A stretch of 64,000 bases of DNA from Armatimonadota bacterium (GTDB taxonomy: Bacteria > Armatimonadota > UBA5829 > DTLH01). The position numbers and the translations under genes were made by a program. This document shows, piece after piece, positions 30,667-39,695 of this stretch. How positions within the stretch are numbered: the stretch's first letter is position 1; each line of letters begins with the position of its first letter. The notes beneath the pieces are model-generated. The model had not been told where the DNA came from. It saw nothing but the letters and a program-made list of their open reading frames with translations, and ran no database searches. The stretch is taken from assembly GCA_039679675.1 (NCBI GenBank), contig JBDKUN010000055.1, forward strand, positions 32,986 to 96,985, in the 5' to 3' direction.

Positions 30667-31689
30667 CTATATCCGTATTCGGTATTTTCTTCTTATCCGT
30701 ACGCTTCGAGGTTGGCCGTCCTGCACGGCTGGTTTGTAGCGCATCTTTGACGCAGCACTTCTTACGGCTTTATCAATTGCGCGTACTCCTGATGAGTCCA
30801 CAATTTCTATATCGCTTACGTCGCCATCTGTGTCTACGGTATAGCTGATCCTCACAATGTAATCGCCCGACTCGTCGATCTCAGGAATTTGGGGTTCGCA
30901 GTCCTTGATGAGCTCAGGTTCCGCACGGTCAGCCAGCCTGTTGACATGCACGGGTTCAGGCGCTTTGCACATAGTGCATCTGCTGGAAGGCTCACTGCCT
31001 TCCCTGAACGACCGTGAGCACGTTCTATTGCAGTATGGTCCCGAAAGCATCCCTGAGACCTCGCACACCGTTACAGTCACCATCCTTGGTTGGGGCGGGG
31101 GAGCCGGTTCAGGCTCCGGTGCGGGTGTAATTCCGTGTCCGGATCTTGCATCTGGTTCAGGATCTGGATGGCCTACTCCGGCTCCGCTGCCCGAACCTAT
31201 TCCGCGTCCGTTATCTGCGCCGGGAACCCATCCGACGGGGGTGCGGCCGGTCGGAACATATCCGAGATCCTGTCCGTTCGGCGCAGTAATTCCTCTCAAT
31301 GCGCCGCCGTGGTCTCCTGCCGGACGCGTAGAACCCGGCCGTCCGGGGTTGTTGTGAGTATAAGCGGAAGAGTACATCCGGCGTTCATGGCTGGACATAC
31401 TCGGCGGCTGGTATTTATGCCGCTCATCACTCGTGACCATCTTCGATGGCGGCGGAACATACGGTGTTTCGACCTGTTGTGCCGGTTCAACTTCAGGTTT
31501 CGGCTGTTCCGGCGCAGATGTACGTGCGGCAGTATCATCGGGGGCCTTCGCCAGATCGACTTGAACAACTTTTAGCTGATCAACAGCAATCGGCTTCGCG
31601 GCGGATGTTTTGCCGATGAAGCCGAGCACGACCAGGTGGATCGCTACCGATCCTGCGATTGCATATGTAAGGATCTTATTATCACGCAT
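30667..31689 (-). CDS. tonB: TonB-family energy transducer with Cys-rich insert
   Basis: SVAIH TM motif, Pro-rich linker, C-terminal V.ISYTVDTDG.VSDIEIVDSSG...D.A......YKPA.QDGQP; downstream of exbBD. Confidence 0.8.
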   Translation of the reverse strand: MRDNKILTYAIAGSVAIHLVVLGFIGKTSAAKPIAVDQLKVVQVDLAKAPDDTAARTSAPEQPKPEVEPAQQVETPYVPPPSKMVTSDERHKYQPPSMSSHERRMYSSAYTHNNPGRPGSTRPAGDHGGALRGITAPNGQDLGYVPTGRTPVGWVPGADNGRGIGSGSGAGVGHPDPEPDARSGHGITPAPEPEPAPPPQPRMVTVTVCEVSGMLSGPYCNRTCSRSFREGSEPSSRCTMCKAPEPVHVNRLADRAEPELIKDCEPQIPEIDESGDYIVRISYTVDTDGDVSDIEIVDSSGVRAIDKAVRSAASKMRYKPAVQDGQPRSVRIRRKYRIRI

Positions 31690-31718
31690 TTTCAGCTATT
31701 ACACTTAATTTATACCGA

Positions 31719-32132
31719 TCAGACCGGACTGCGTTTAGGCTCTGTTGCGATTGTCAGAAGCTGGGCTCCGGCCCGTTTTGCTTCATCCGCCAGCTCTATC
31801 CCCCTGGCCCACGATTGTTTTTTGTCGCAGTTGATTACCACAACAAGTTTTGGGTTATCGGCAATCATTGCTTTCAGGTCGCCATAAATATCTTTGAAGC
31901 CCACTTTTTTCTTGTCGATGTAGTAATTGCCACTGTCGGTCAGAGATATTACAACCTTGACCATCGGGCGGTCTTGTGCGCTGGACGACTTGGGCAGGTT
32001 GACAGACATACCCTTCATCGTGGTCATCGCAAGTGACGCAATCATGAAGAACACGAGCAGAAAAAAGATCGTATCGATCATCGGAATGATCTCTATACGG
32101 GCTTTTTTAGGCTGAAATTGTTTTAATCTCAT
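31719..32132 (-). CDS. exbD: Biopolymer transport protein ExbD/TolR
   Basis: IEIIPMIDTIFFLLVFFM, VNLP. Confidence 0.92.
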   Translation of the reverse strand: MRLKQFQPKKARIEIIPMIDTIFFLLVFFMIASLAMTTMKGMSVNLPKSSSAQDRPMVKVVISLTDSGNYYIDKKKVGFKDIYGDLKAMIADNPKLVVVINCDKKQSWARGIELADEAKRAGAQLLTIATEPKRSPV

Positions 32133-32766
32133 TTCGTTGATCCTCGATGTCGGTAAGCACATTGACAAGTTGTGTTGCGCGGATCTCTATCATCTCGATT
32201 GCGTGCTTTATACGCTCGTTCAGATAGTTATAAGCGATCACGGAGAAGACGGCAATCGCGATGCCTGTTGCTGTGGCAATAAGGGCTTCAGCGACGCCAC
32301 CTGTGATAGCAGTAGGGGTGCTTATGCCGTTTTTGGATGAGATCACGTGGAATGACCGGATCATACCGACTATTGTACCTAGAAGCCCCAGAAGCGGAGC
32401 TATTGTAACAATGGTATCAAGTATTCCCATCCTGACCTGGAAGCCGGCGATCTCTCTCTGAGCCTGTTCTTCCATAGCACCCTGGGCTCGTATTGTTCCC
32501 ATTTTTCTGCTGCGGATGCCTGCCGAAAGCACCGCTCCGATAGGTGTGGCACTTGCCTCACACACTGCTGCTGCCTGCTCGGATTCACCGTTATATAGCA
32601 TGTCCTCTGTGCGGCGGGCAAGATCGGAAGTGTCGGCCGTAGCCGCCTTTAGTTTGATAAAACGCTCAATAGCTACAGCGACGGAAATGATTGAGCAGGC
32701 CATAAGAGGGATCATTACCGGCCCGCCCTTTGAAAGAAATGCGAATGCATTCGTGAACCAATGCAT
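32107..32766 (-). CDS. exbB: ExbB/MotA/TolQ proton channel
   Basis: GGPVMIPL, APLLGLLGTIVGMI, GGVAEALIATATG. Confidence 0.92.
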   Translation of the reverse strand: MHWFTNAFAFLSKGGPVMIPLMACSIISVAVAIERFIKLKAATADTSDLARRTEDMLYNGESEQAAAVCEASATPIGAVLSAGIRSRKMGTIRAQGAMEEQAQREIAGFQVRMGILDTIVTIAPLLGLLGTIVGMIRSFHVISSKNGISTPTAITGGVAEALIATATGIAIAVFSVIAYNYLNERIKHAIEMIEIRATQLVNVLTDIEDQRNEIKTISA

Positions 32767-32852
32767 CTGGTAGGGTCTCCTCCCTTGCAAGGTGTTGTTC
32801 AAAGGAATTATCGGCGGGAGGATGGATAATCTGGAGGTTAGTTTCAGTCCCT

Positions 32853-33368
32853 TTAGTAATATCTCTTTACTTCAAACCTGTATAAGTCGATGTGCTCGTT
32901 CGGCCCAATCATTGCCTTCCTGCAGGCTATGTCGATCTGGTCTTCGACCGTGTCGACTCCTTCGAGATTGGGAAGAAGCAGCCCACGGCGCCTGCCGCAC
33001 CTGACAATTACGCCGTATTTCTCTGGATGGAGAAGACATACGTTGTCTATCTGTTCCGGCTGGGACAGTACGTCCACGGAACAGGTAAGCAGACTCAACT
33101 CATCCTGTTCTACGGGTAGAAAACGGGGGTCACGGGTAGCGGCGCTGATTGCGTTTTCTATGATCTCATGCGCGATATCCTGAAAAACGGGCTCAATTGT
33201 GCCGATGCACCCGCGAAGTTCACCGTATTTCTTTAGGGAAACAAATACTCCCGTTCTTTTTTGAAACTCCGCAGGCAGATCAGGTGGGGGTGCAATTGTT
33301 TTGCCGTATTCCACATAAGCGGTAACTGCTTTCATGGCTAGATTGACGTAAGGACTATGTTCCTCCAT
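32853..33368 (-). CDS. amrA: AMMECR1 / AmmeMemoRadiSam protein A
   Basis: GVFVSLK..GELRGCIGT, AATRDPRF, GLLLP. Confidence 0.9.
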   Translation of the reverse strand: MEEHSPYVNLAMKAVTAYVEYGKTIAPPPDLPAEFQKRTGVFVSLKKYGELRGCIGTIEPVFQDIAHEIIENAISAATRDPRFLPVEQDELSLLTCSVDVLSQPEQIDNVCLLHPEKYGVIVRCGRRRGLLLPNLEGVDTVEDQIDIACRKAMIGPNEHIDLYRFEVKRYY

Positions 33369-33390
33369 AAGACAATCACTCTCCTAGAAG

Positions 33391-34008
33391 TCAGGCTTTC
33401 TGCCCGATCTTGGGTTCGGTACCTTTTAAAAGCCGTTTTATATTAGACCGGTGTCTCAAAAGGATCAGAAAAGAAGCCGCGAGAGTGACAATTACGTACT
33501 CCCGTGGGACTTCTCTGCCGAAAACAGCGGGTGAAAAATACATCAAAGCGGTTACTGCGAACGGCGCGATTATCGAAGCTATCGAAACATATCTTGTGAC
33601 GGCAACGATAAAGGCCCATATGCAGAATCCTATTGCGGCAATGACTGGGTTCATACCGATGATCATGCCGAGGCTCGTAGCGACGCCCTTGCCACCTTTG
33701 AACTTGAGGAAGGGAGAAGCGCTGTGTCCTACAATTGCGAGCAGCCCGGCCGCGACCACAAAAAGCGCCTGGTGGCTGCCTGAGATCAGCCGCATGGCCA
33801 GAAACACCGGGACAAAACCCTTCAACGTATCGCCCACGGAGACTACGATGGCCGGGCCCAGACCAAGCGTGCGGAGCACGTTAGTCGCCCCGATGTTGCC
33901 GCTGCCGTAGTCTCGGATGTCGATTCCTTTCGTCAGCTTGCCGACTATTACGCCGATAGGCAGCGAGCCACAAAAAAACGACACTGCAAGAATGGCCAAT
34001 ATCTTCAT
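33391..34008 (-). CDS. plsY: Glycerol-3-phosphate acyltransferase
   Basis: DIR.YGSGNIGATNVLR, FKGGKGVATSLG, RHRSNIKRL..GTE. Confidence 0.96.
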   Translation of the reverse strand: MKILAILAVSFFCGSLPIGVIVGKLTKGIDIRDYGSGNIGATNVLRTLGLGPAIVVSVGDTLKGFVPVFLAMRLISGSHQALFVVAAGLLAIVGHSASPFLKFKGGKGVATSLGMIIGMNPVIAAIGFCIWAFIVAVTRYVSIASIIAPFAVTALMYFSPAVFGREVPREYVIVTLAASFLILLRHRSNIKRLLKGTEPKIGQKA

Positions 34009-35340
34009 TTAATCTCTTTCTTTCTCAGCTTTTCGTGGGATGATCCTCAGCGGAGTCCCTTCATAACCGTAGACCTTGCGGATCTGGTTTTCCAGGTAGC
34101 GGATATAAGAAAAATGCACAATCTCAGTATCGTTGACAAAAAGTATGATAGTCGGCGGTTTGACGGCAGGCATTGTAGCGTATTTTATCTTGAGCTGCTT
34201 GCCCTTCCGCGCGAGAGGGTTGTCATCGACCGCGTCCTGTATGATCCTGTTTATCTCACCCGTAGGAATCCTCCGCGCGTGATTGGCAGCGGCTTCGACT
34301 GCGGTATCGACGGCGGCGGAAAGCCCCCATCCCTCTTTTGCAGACACGAAAACCACCGGGGCGTAGTCCAGGAACGCCATTTCTTTCCTTACGTGGGCAG
34401 TGAACTCCTTGTAGCTCATCTTGCCTTTTTTTAGGTCCCATTTGTTGGCGACTATCACGCAGCCGCGGCCGGACTTGTGGATGTAGCCGCCTACACGCTT
34501 GTCGCCATCGGTCACGCCATCTTCTGCATCGATCACGAGCATCGCGACATCGCTCCGTTCGAGCGCCCTTACTGCTCGAAGGACCGTGTAATACTCGACC
34601 GAACCCTGAATCTTCCCGGATCTCCTGATTCCGGCGGTGTCGATAAGGACGATCTCCTGCCCGTCTTCGCCGCCGTGCTTGAAAATCGTATCGATGGCAT
34701 CTCTGGTGGTTCCGGGGATATTCGAGACGATGACCCGTTCCTCACCCAGAATCGCATTCACGATGGACGACTTGCCGACATTTGGCCTGCCGACTATGGA
34801 AAGCCGTATCGCCTCGGATGGGAATGCTTCCTCTTCGGAAGGAGACTTCATAGCATCAATAACCATATCGAGTGCTTCGGCGAGCCCGCGTCCATGCACG
34901 GAGGACACCGGGTACACCTCGCCAAGCCCCAGTTGATAGAATTCCACCGATTCCTGTTCCAGTTTCTCGTTATCTACCTTGTTGGCTACGAGGATCACCG
35001 GGACATTGGTCTTTCTGAGCTCATCCGCGAGGGTCTCGTCGGTCCCTGTAATACCGGCCGTTGCATCGACTACAAAGAGTATGACGTCCGCTTCATCCAT
35101 CGCAAGCTGTGCCTGCTGCGAGACCTGGACTGTAAGTGGATCGGTCTCATTAAACAGGATGCCGCCTGTGTCAGTGACGACAAATTGCCTGCCGCGCCAT
35201 TCCGCTTCGGCGTAGAGCCGGTCTCTGGTGATGCCGGGCACATCCTCGACTATCGCAAGACGCTGTCCTACTATTCTGTTGAATAAAGTGGATTTGCCGA
35301 CGTTCGGCCTGCCCACTATAGCTACTATAGGTCTATCCAT
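34009..35340 (-). CDS. der: Ribosome biogenesis GTPase Der (EngA)
   Basis: Two GRPNVGKS P-loops, DTGG/DTAG, NKVD/NKWD, KH-like C-terminus. Confidence 0.97.
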   Translation of the reverse strand: MDRPIVAIVGRPNVGKSTLFNRIVGQRLAIVEDVPGITRDRLYAEAEWRGRQFVVTDTGGILFNETDPLTVQVSQQAQLAMDEADVILFVVDATAGITGTDETLADELRKTNVPVILVANKVDNEKLEQESVEFYQLGLGEVYPVSSVHGRGLAEALDMVIDAMKSPSEEEAFPSEAIRLSIVGRPNVGKSSIVNAILGEERVIVSNIPGTTRDAIDTIFKHGGEDGQEIVLIDTAGIRRSGKIQGSVEYYTVLRAVRALERSDVAMLVIDAEDGVTDGDKRVGGYIHKSGRGCVIVANKWDLKKGKMSYKEFTAHVRKEMAFLDYAPVVFVSAKEGWGLSAAVDTAVEAAANHARRIPTGEINRIIQDAVDDNPLARKGKQLKIKYATMPAVKPPTIILFVNDTEIVHFSYIRYLENQIRKVYGYEGTPLRIIPRKAEKERD

Positions 35341-35455
35341 ACTAAATATTTCCCCATCCTGTCACAGCGGAAATAGTACCACGAATCCGTCGCAGGGTCA
35401 AACATCGGCCATGTTATGGTAAAATAATACGAACGGAGTTTCTACAGCGAGAAAA

Positions 35456-36274
35456 ATGGCGATACTGCAGACAGGAAAACCCAAGAAAGCCAGAAAACCG
35501 AGAAAACCGGAGATCAGCCCGACGAAGCTCAGGATGTACCTCGAATGCGCACTTATGTACAAGCTGGTTTATATAACCCGCGTTGGGCGGTATTATTACT
35601 CGCCGAACATAGGCGACAGCTTCGGAGGCTCGCTCCATCGTGCGCTCAATGACTTCCACGCTGCGGGCGGTCATGATACACAGACCCCGGAGCAGCTTGT
35701 CGAGCGGATGAAGAATACCTGGGTCGGGGCCGGGTATAGTTCCCGTGAGGAAGAGAACGAGTACATCGAGTTCGGCGCGAAGATTCTCGAAGAGTATTAC
35801 GAAAACCTAAAGTCGGTCGCATCGACAACGCTATTTACCGAACGCCAGTTGAAATATGACATGGGGGATTTCGCGCTGATCGGCCGTATCGACAGGCTGG
35901 ACGAGCGTTCGGACGGGACATTTGAAGTCATCGACTACAAGACCGGGCGGAGAGATGTCACAAACGAAGAAGTCGCAAACGATCTTGCCATGAGTATTTA
36001 TCAACTTCTGGTGAAGAAGAACTATTCAGGTAGGCGTGTTGTTGCTACAATACAATGTCTCAGTAACGGCCGGTCAGCCACAGCGGAGCTTTCCGATGAA
36101 GAACTGATCGAACTTGAAGAGATGATCCGTAAGGTGGCAGCCGAAATGCTGGCAATTACCGAAGGTACGGAAATCCCGCCGGTGAGGAAAAATATCTGTG
36201 GCAATTGCAGCTTCTTCAAGATCTGTGAGCGGCGGGCCAGGATATCGGAACAGGAATGGGAGGCTGAAAAATAG
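35456..36274 (+). CDS. PD-(D/E)XK RecB/AddB/Cas4-like nuclease
   Basis: ISPT...YLEC, G..LH.AL, GRIDRLD, VIDYKTG, C-terminal CxxC...C cysteines. Confidence 0.85.
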   Translation: MAILQTGKPKKARKPRKPEISPTKLRMYLECALMYKLVYITRVGRYYYSPNIGDSFGGSLHRALNDFHAAGGHDTQTPEQLVERMKNTWVGAGYSSREEENEYIEFGAKILEEYYENLKSVASTTLFTERQLKYDMGDFALIGRIDRLDERSDGTFEVIDYKTGRRDVTNEEVANDLAMSIYQLLVKKNYSGRRVVATIQCLSNGRSATAELSDEELIELEEMIRKVAAEMLAITEGTEIPPVRKNICGNCSFFKICERRARISEQEWEAEK

Positions 36275-36747
36275 TGAAAGCTGCGGTTATTACTGTAAAC
36301 GATCTATGTGCGCTCGGGGAATTTACCGATCCATGCAGTGCGGTTGTGGCGTCGAAACTGGCATCCGCCGGGATCGATGTTGCCGTCGAAAGAGCGGTCA
36401 AACGGGAGTTTGAAGCTGTCGCCAGAGTGCTTAGGGACTGTTCTGCCGGAGATTCCAGCGTTGATATTGTTATCACCACCGGAGGAACCGGGCTTTCTCG
36501 ACGCGATATAACCCCGGAAGCGACTCTATCGGTAATAGACCGCCCCATTCCAGGCATTGCCGAGGAAATCCGCAGGTGCAGCGCCGGGGGCATCTCAAAT
36601 TCCATCCTTTCACGTGGGGTAGCCGGTCTGAAACACAAGACTTTGATCGTAAACCTTCCGGAGAGTCCGGATGCGGTTGCCCATGGAATAGACATAGTGC
36701 TGCCGGTCTTGCACCAGATTGCCGACCTTCTGAATGGCATAGAATAG
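36274..36747 (+). CDS. MogA/MoaB-family molybdopterin-binding protein (divergent)
   Basis: ITTGGTG, RDITPEAT, LSRGVAG, IVNLP. Confidence 0.8.
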   Translation: MKAAVITVNDLCALGEFTDPCSAVVASKLASAGIDVAVERAVKREFEAVARVLRDCSAGDSSVDIVITTGGTGLSRRDITPEATLSVIDRPIPGIAEEIRRCSAGGISNSILSRGVAGLKHKTLIVNLPESPDAVAHGIDIVLPVLHQIADLLNGIE

Positions 36748-36774
36748 GCCGGTGAGACTCTGAAGGTTTACAAA

Positions 36775-37641
36775 CTATAGATTGGCGTCATCTGACAGCG
36801 CTTTCAACCCCTGAACGAGCCTTGGGCCGGTTCTGAGCATCAGGTCAGGGTCGATAACTTTGACACGGCCATTTCGGACGGCGTTCGTCTCTTTCCAAGC
36901 GGGGCTTTTTTCGAAGTAAGCTTTGTCCTCTGGTCTCGTTACGATGATCAGGTCAGGGTTTCGCGCGAAGGCAACCTCCGAGCTGAACTGGTTGAACCCC
37001 GGCTTGGCATCATAGGCGATATTTTTACCATTTGTGCAGCTTATCATCTCGTCGATGAACGTCTTCGGCCCCGCTACCCAAAGCGGGCTTGCCTGGATGA
37101 CTACCAGCATTTTGGTTTTCTGCCTGCCGTGGGGCTTGTTCTTAACCGCATCTATTGATTTTTCCATCGATTGGGCCAGTTTTTCAGCCTGCTCGTTTGC
37201 TCCGGTCGCGTTGCCTATTTTTCTGATGTCGGCGATTACTTCTGCGAATGTCTCAGGGTTGGTATCGAGCACGTTTATACCGAGAGCTTTCAGCCTGCGG
37301 ATTTCGGTGTCGTTCAGAACGGTGTGAGCAAGCACCAGGTCGGGTTTCAGTGCAACGACCTTCTCCAAGCTTACACTCGACTCACCGACTTTAGTCTTCT
37401 TTGCCGTTTCTGGCGGATAGTCGCAGTATTTGGTGATTCCGACAATCCGGTTTTCAAGCCCAAGTGCATAGAGTATTTCGGTGTTGCTCGGAGTCAACGA
37501 GATGATCCGCTGGGGCAGGGGAGCAGTCTTCACCGGCTGCGCCGTCTTGGTATTGTCCGTGTGTGAACAACCCAAAAGCATCGACCCTATTATTAGTAAA
37601 AAAATGATTGGCTGAACTCGTCTCAACTGATGTAACTCCAA
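36775..37641 (-). CDS. Cobalamin/siderophore ABC substrate-binding lipoprotein (BtuF-like)
   Basis: Lipobox LLGC; RIISLTPSNTEILYALG, VGIT.YCDYP, LKPDLV, R.GPR. Confidence 0.88.
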   Translation of the reverse strand: MELHQLRRVQPIIFLLIIGSMLLGCSHTDNTKTAQPVKTAPLPQRIISLTPSNTEILYALGLENRIVGITKYCDYPPETAKKTKVGESSVSLEKVVALKPDLVLAHTVLNDTEIRRLKALGINVLDTNPETFAEVIADIRKIGNATGANEQAEKLAQSMEKSIDAVKNKPHGRQKTKMLVVIQASPLWVAGPKTFIDEMISCTNGKNIAYDAKPGFNQFSSEVAFARNPDLIIVTRPEDKAYFEKSPAWKETNAVRNGRVKVIDPDLMLRTGPRLVQGLKALSDDANL

Positions 37642-37663
37642 CTTTAATACTGATATCTGACAG

Positions 37664-39538
37664 CTATTTAATCACCGGAAACTCCGTTACCCTAAGGTTC
37701 GTGCAGCCGTAGGGGACCAAAGTCAGTTCCTCGACCGGCTCATCGGATGCTATCGGGCTTTCTGGCAGCGTCCCGGCGGCTGCGCGGTGCATTTGCCATT
37801 CCGGCACTATTTTGCCCTTTAATTTGAGCTCCACAGGCGCGCCTTCGGGTGAGAAGACCGGGTCTCCTATCGGTTTCGATACTATTTTAACGGATTTTTC
37901 CAGTGAATTGGTATCGAGTATCAGTCCATAGTTCCACTGAGCGGTGGAATATACCTCATAGTCCGCATGCGGCTCTTCGCCTTTATATTTCACCCACTTT
38001 TCTCCCATTCTAAGTGAATAGACGAGCGGGCCGCGCGTTATCGCTGCTGAGTTGTTGAACCGCCTTTCCACATTGATGGACATCGGCAGCTTGATCTCGA
38101 TCTTATCGCCATTTTCCCATACACGCTCTACTGTGGCAAACCCGCCCGGTGCGGCAGCCTTAACTTCGCCGTTTGTCGAAATAACTGCGCCATCTGCCCA
38201 CTTCGGTATACGGAATTTAATCGGAAACTCAGTCGGCTGCGGCAGATGTATGGTCATTTGAACAGTATCTCGGAACGGATAGTCGGTCTCGACCTCAATT
38301 GATGCATCTATGCCGCCCTTAACCTTTGCGGTGACGGTGCATGGTGCATAGGCGATTGCCGCGAGCCCGTCATCAGAAGTAAACATCCACAAATGGCTTG
38401 CGAACTTTGGCCAGCCCTGGTGCATGTTCGCGGTGCAGCATCCGAAGTTTGGTTCAAGTCCGAAAAGGTTCGAGTCCGAGCCGTTATCTGTCCACATTTT
38501 GTCTTCGGACACCTTGCATAGCACCTGGTTTGCCTGCTGATCATACTGATGCGCCCACATATCCGGGCTGAATGTCGCGGGAAGCGCATTGAAGGCTATC
38601 TTTTCCAATCTGTCCGCGAAGTTGGGATCGCCCAGAAGCTCGATCAGGCTCTCAAGGGAGAACATATACTCGACTACGGCGCAGAGTTCAGTCCCCTGAG
38701 ACGGGTTTTTGCCCGCCAGGTGCTCATCTCCGGTGAATATTCCCGTGACCTGTCCATGATAGGTGTCAAGGTTTTCGATGGCCTTATATACAGCCTGCCG
38801 GAAGAAGTCGTCTCCTGTAAGCTCGAACATGACCCCCGGCGTTTTTATTCCCATGGCATTGTTCACGACGTGGGTTGCGTGTGTGAATGTTCCTGTTGAC
38901 CGTTTTTTGCGTTCGAAGCTGACGAAATTCCTCGCCCAGTCGTAACCCTGGTGCATCATAAGCTTCGCAAGGTCCAGAAGCTTCGCATCTCCCGTTCGGT
39001 TGTAGAGCCAGATTGCGCTGATTGCCGTATCTGCCCATCTGTAGATCGCCCAAGACTCCAGCGGCTTTTCCGGCAGAGTCTTAAGCATATGACCGAAAAA
39101 CTTCTGCATGACAGGGATGACCCGCTTATCTCCAGTCGCTTCCTCATATTGAGTGAGCACCTTGAGCATCACGCCGATAGGCCACCAGTCGGTGTTCTTC
39201 TTAGGGCCGATCCAGCCGTTTTCCGATTGGTTCTCAAGTGTCCAATCGACCCACTTATGGGCGGACTCTATAAGCTCCGGGTCATCTAAAAGGAACGCAA
39301 TCGGGATGAGCCCGTCCAGGTAATAGGGGCCTCTCTCCCAGGACTCGCCTTCGCCGCCAAGCCAGCCGCTATCTGGGCCGAGATCGGGCCAGAACTTTGG
39401 CAGGTTGCCAGTCAGCCCATCCGCCTGGATGCGTAGCTGGCGCGCAAGCCAGCCCTTGGGTTTGACCGCGCCAAGAGGAAGAGCGCCGAATGCACTTTCG
39501 GCAAGCGGAAGCCTATTCATCGGATAAAAACTGTTCAT
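37664..39538 (-). CDS. GH127 beta-L-arabinofuranosidase-family protein
   Basis: WERGPYYLDG, HVVN, GTELCAVVE, NFGCCTAN, FRIP.WA, RGPLVY. Confidence 0.88.
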   Translation of the reverse strand: MNSFYPMNRLPLAESAFGALPLGAVKPKGWLARQLRIQADGLTGNLPKFWPDLGPDSGWLGGEGESWERGPYYLDGLIPIAFLLDDPELIESAHKWVDWTLENQSENGWIGPKKNTDWWPIGVMLKVLTQYEEATGDKRVIPVMQKFFGHMLKTLPEKPLESWAIYRWADTAISAIWLYNRTGDAKLLDLAKLMMHQGYDWARNFVSFERKKRSTGTFTHATHVVNNAMGIKTPGVMFELTGDDFFRQAVYKAIENLDTYHGQVTGIFTGDEHLAGKNPSQGTELCAVVEYMFSLESLIELLGDPNFADRLEKIAFNALPATFSPDMWAHQYDQQANQVLCKVSEDKMWTDNGSDSNLFGLEPNFGCCTANMHQGWPKFASHLWMFTSDDGLAAIAYAPCTVTAKVKGGIDASIEVETDYPFRDTVQMTIHLPQPTEFPIKFRIPKWADGAVISTNGEVKAAAPGGFATVERVWENGDKIEIKLPMSINVERRFNNSAAITRGPLVYSLRMGEKWVKYKGEEPHADYEVYSTAQWNYGLILDTNSLEKSVKIVSKPIGDPVFSPEGAPVELKLKGKIVPEWQMHRAAAGTLPESPIASDEPVEELTLVPYGCTNLRVTEFPVIK

Positions 39539-39558
39539 ATTGCCTCACAAAAACCAAC

Positions 39559-39686
39559 GTCATCCCGAACTACCACAACGTCATGCTGAGCTTGACTCAG
39601 CATCCAGGAAGAAAATGGACCCTGAATCAAGTTCAGGGTGACGTATTCGTTGTTTAGAGTTACGCATCGGTTACTCAGGGTGACGT
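39559..39686. repeat. GTCA-type double-hairpin palindromic element, copy B, plus extra end
   Basis: GTCATGCTGAG-CTTGA-CTCAGCATCC...GGACCCTGAATCAAGTTCAGGGTGACGT, then TCAGGGTGACGT at 39675-39686. Confidence 0.8.
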
Positions 39687-39695
39687 GTAATTCTA

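Noticed and set aside
32767..32852. Cobalamin riboswitch upstream of exbB (or of the BtuF-like gene)
   Set aside because: The intergenic spaces are too short and no B12 box is seen.
35456..36274. cas4 / CRISPR-Cas locus
   Set aside because: No other cas genes and no repeat-spacer array seen anywhere in the window.
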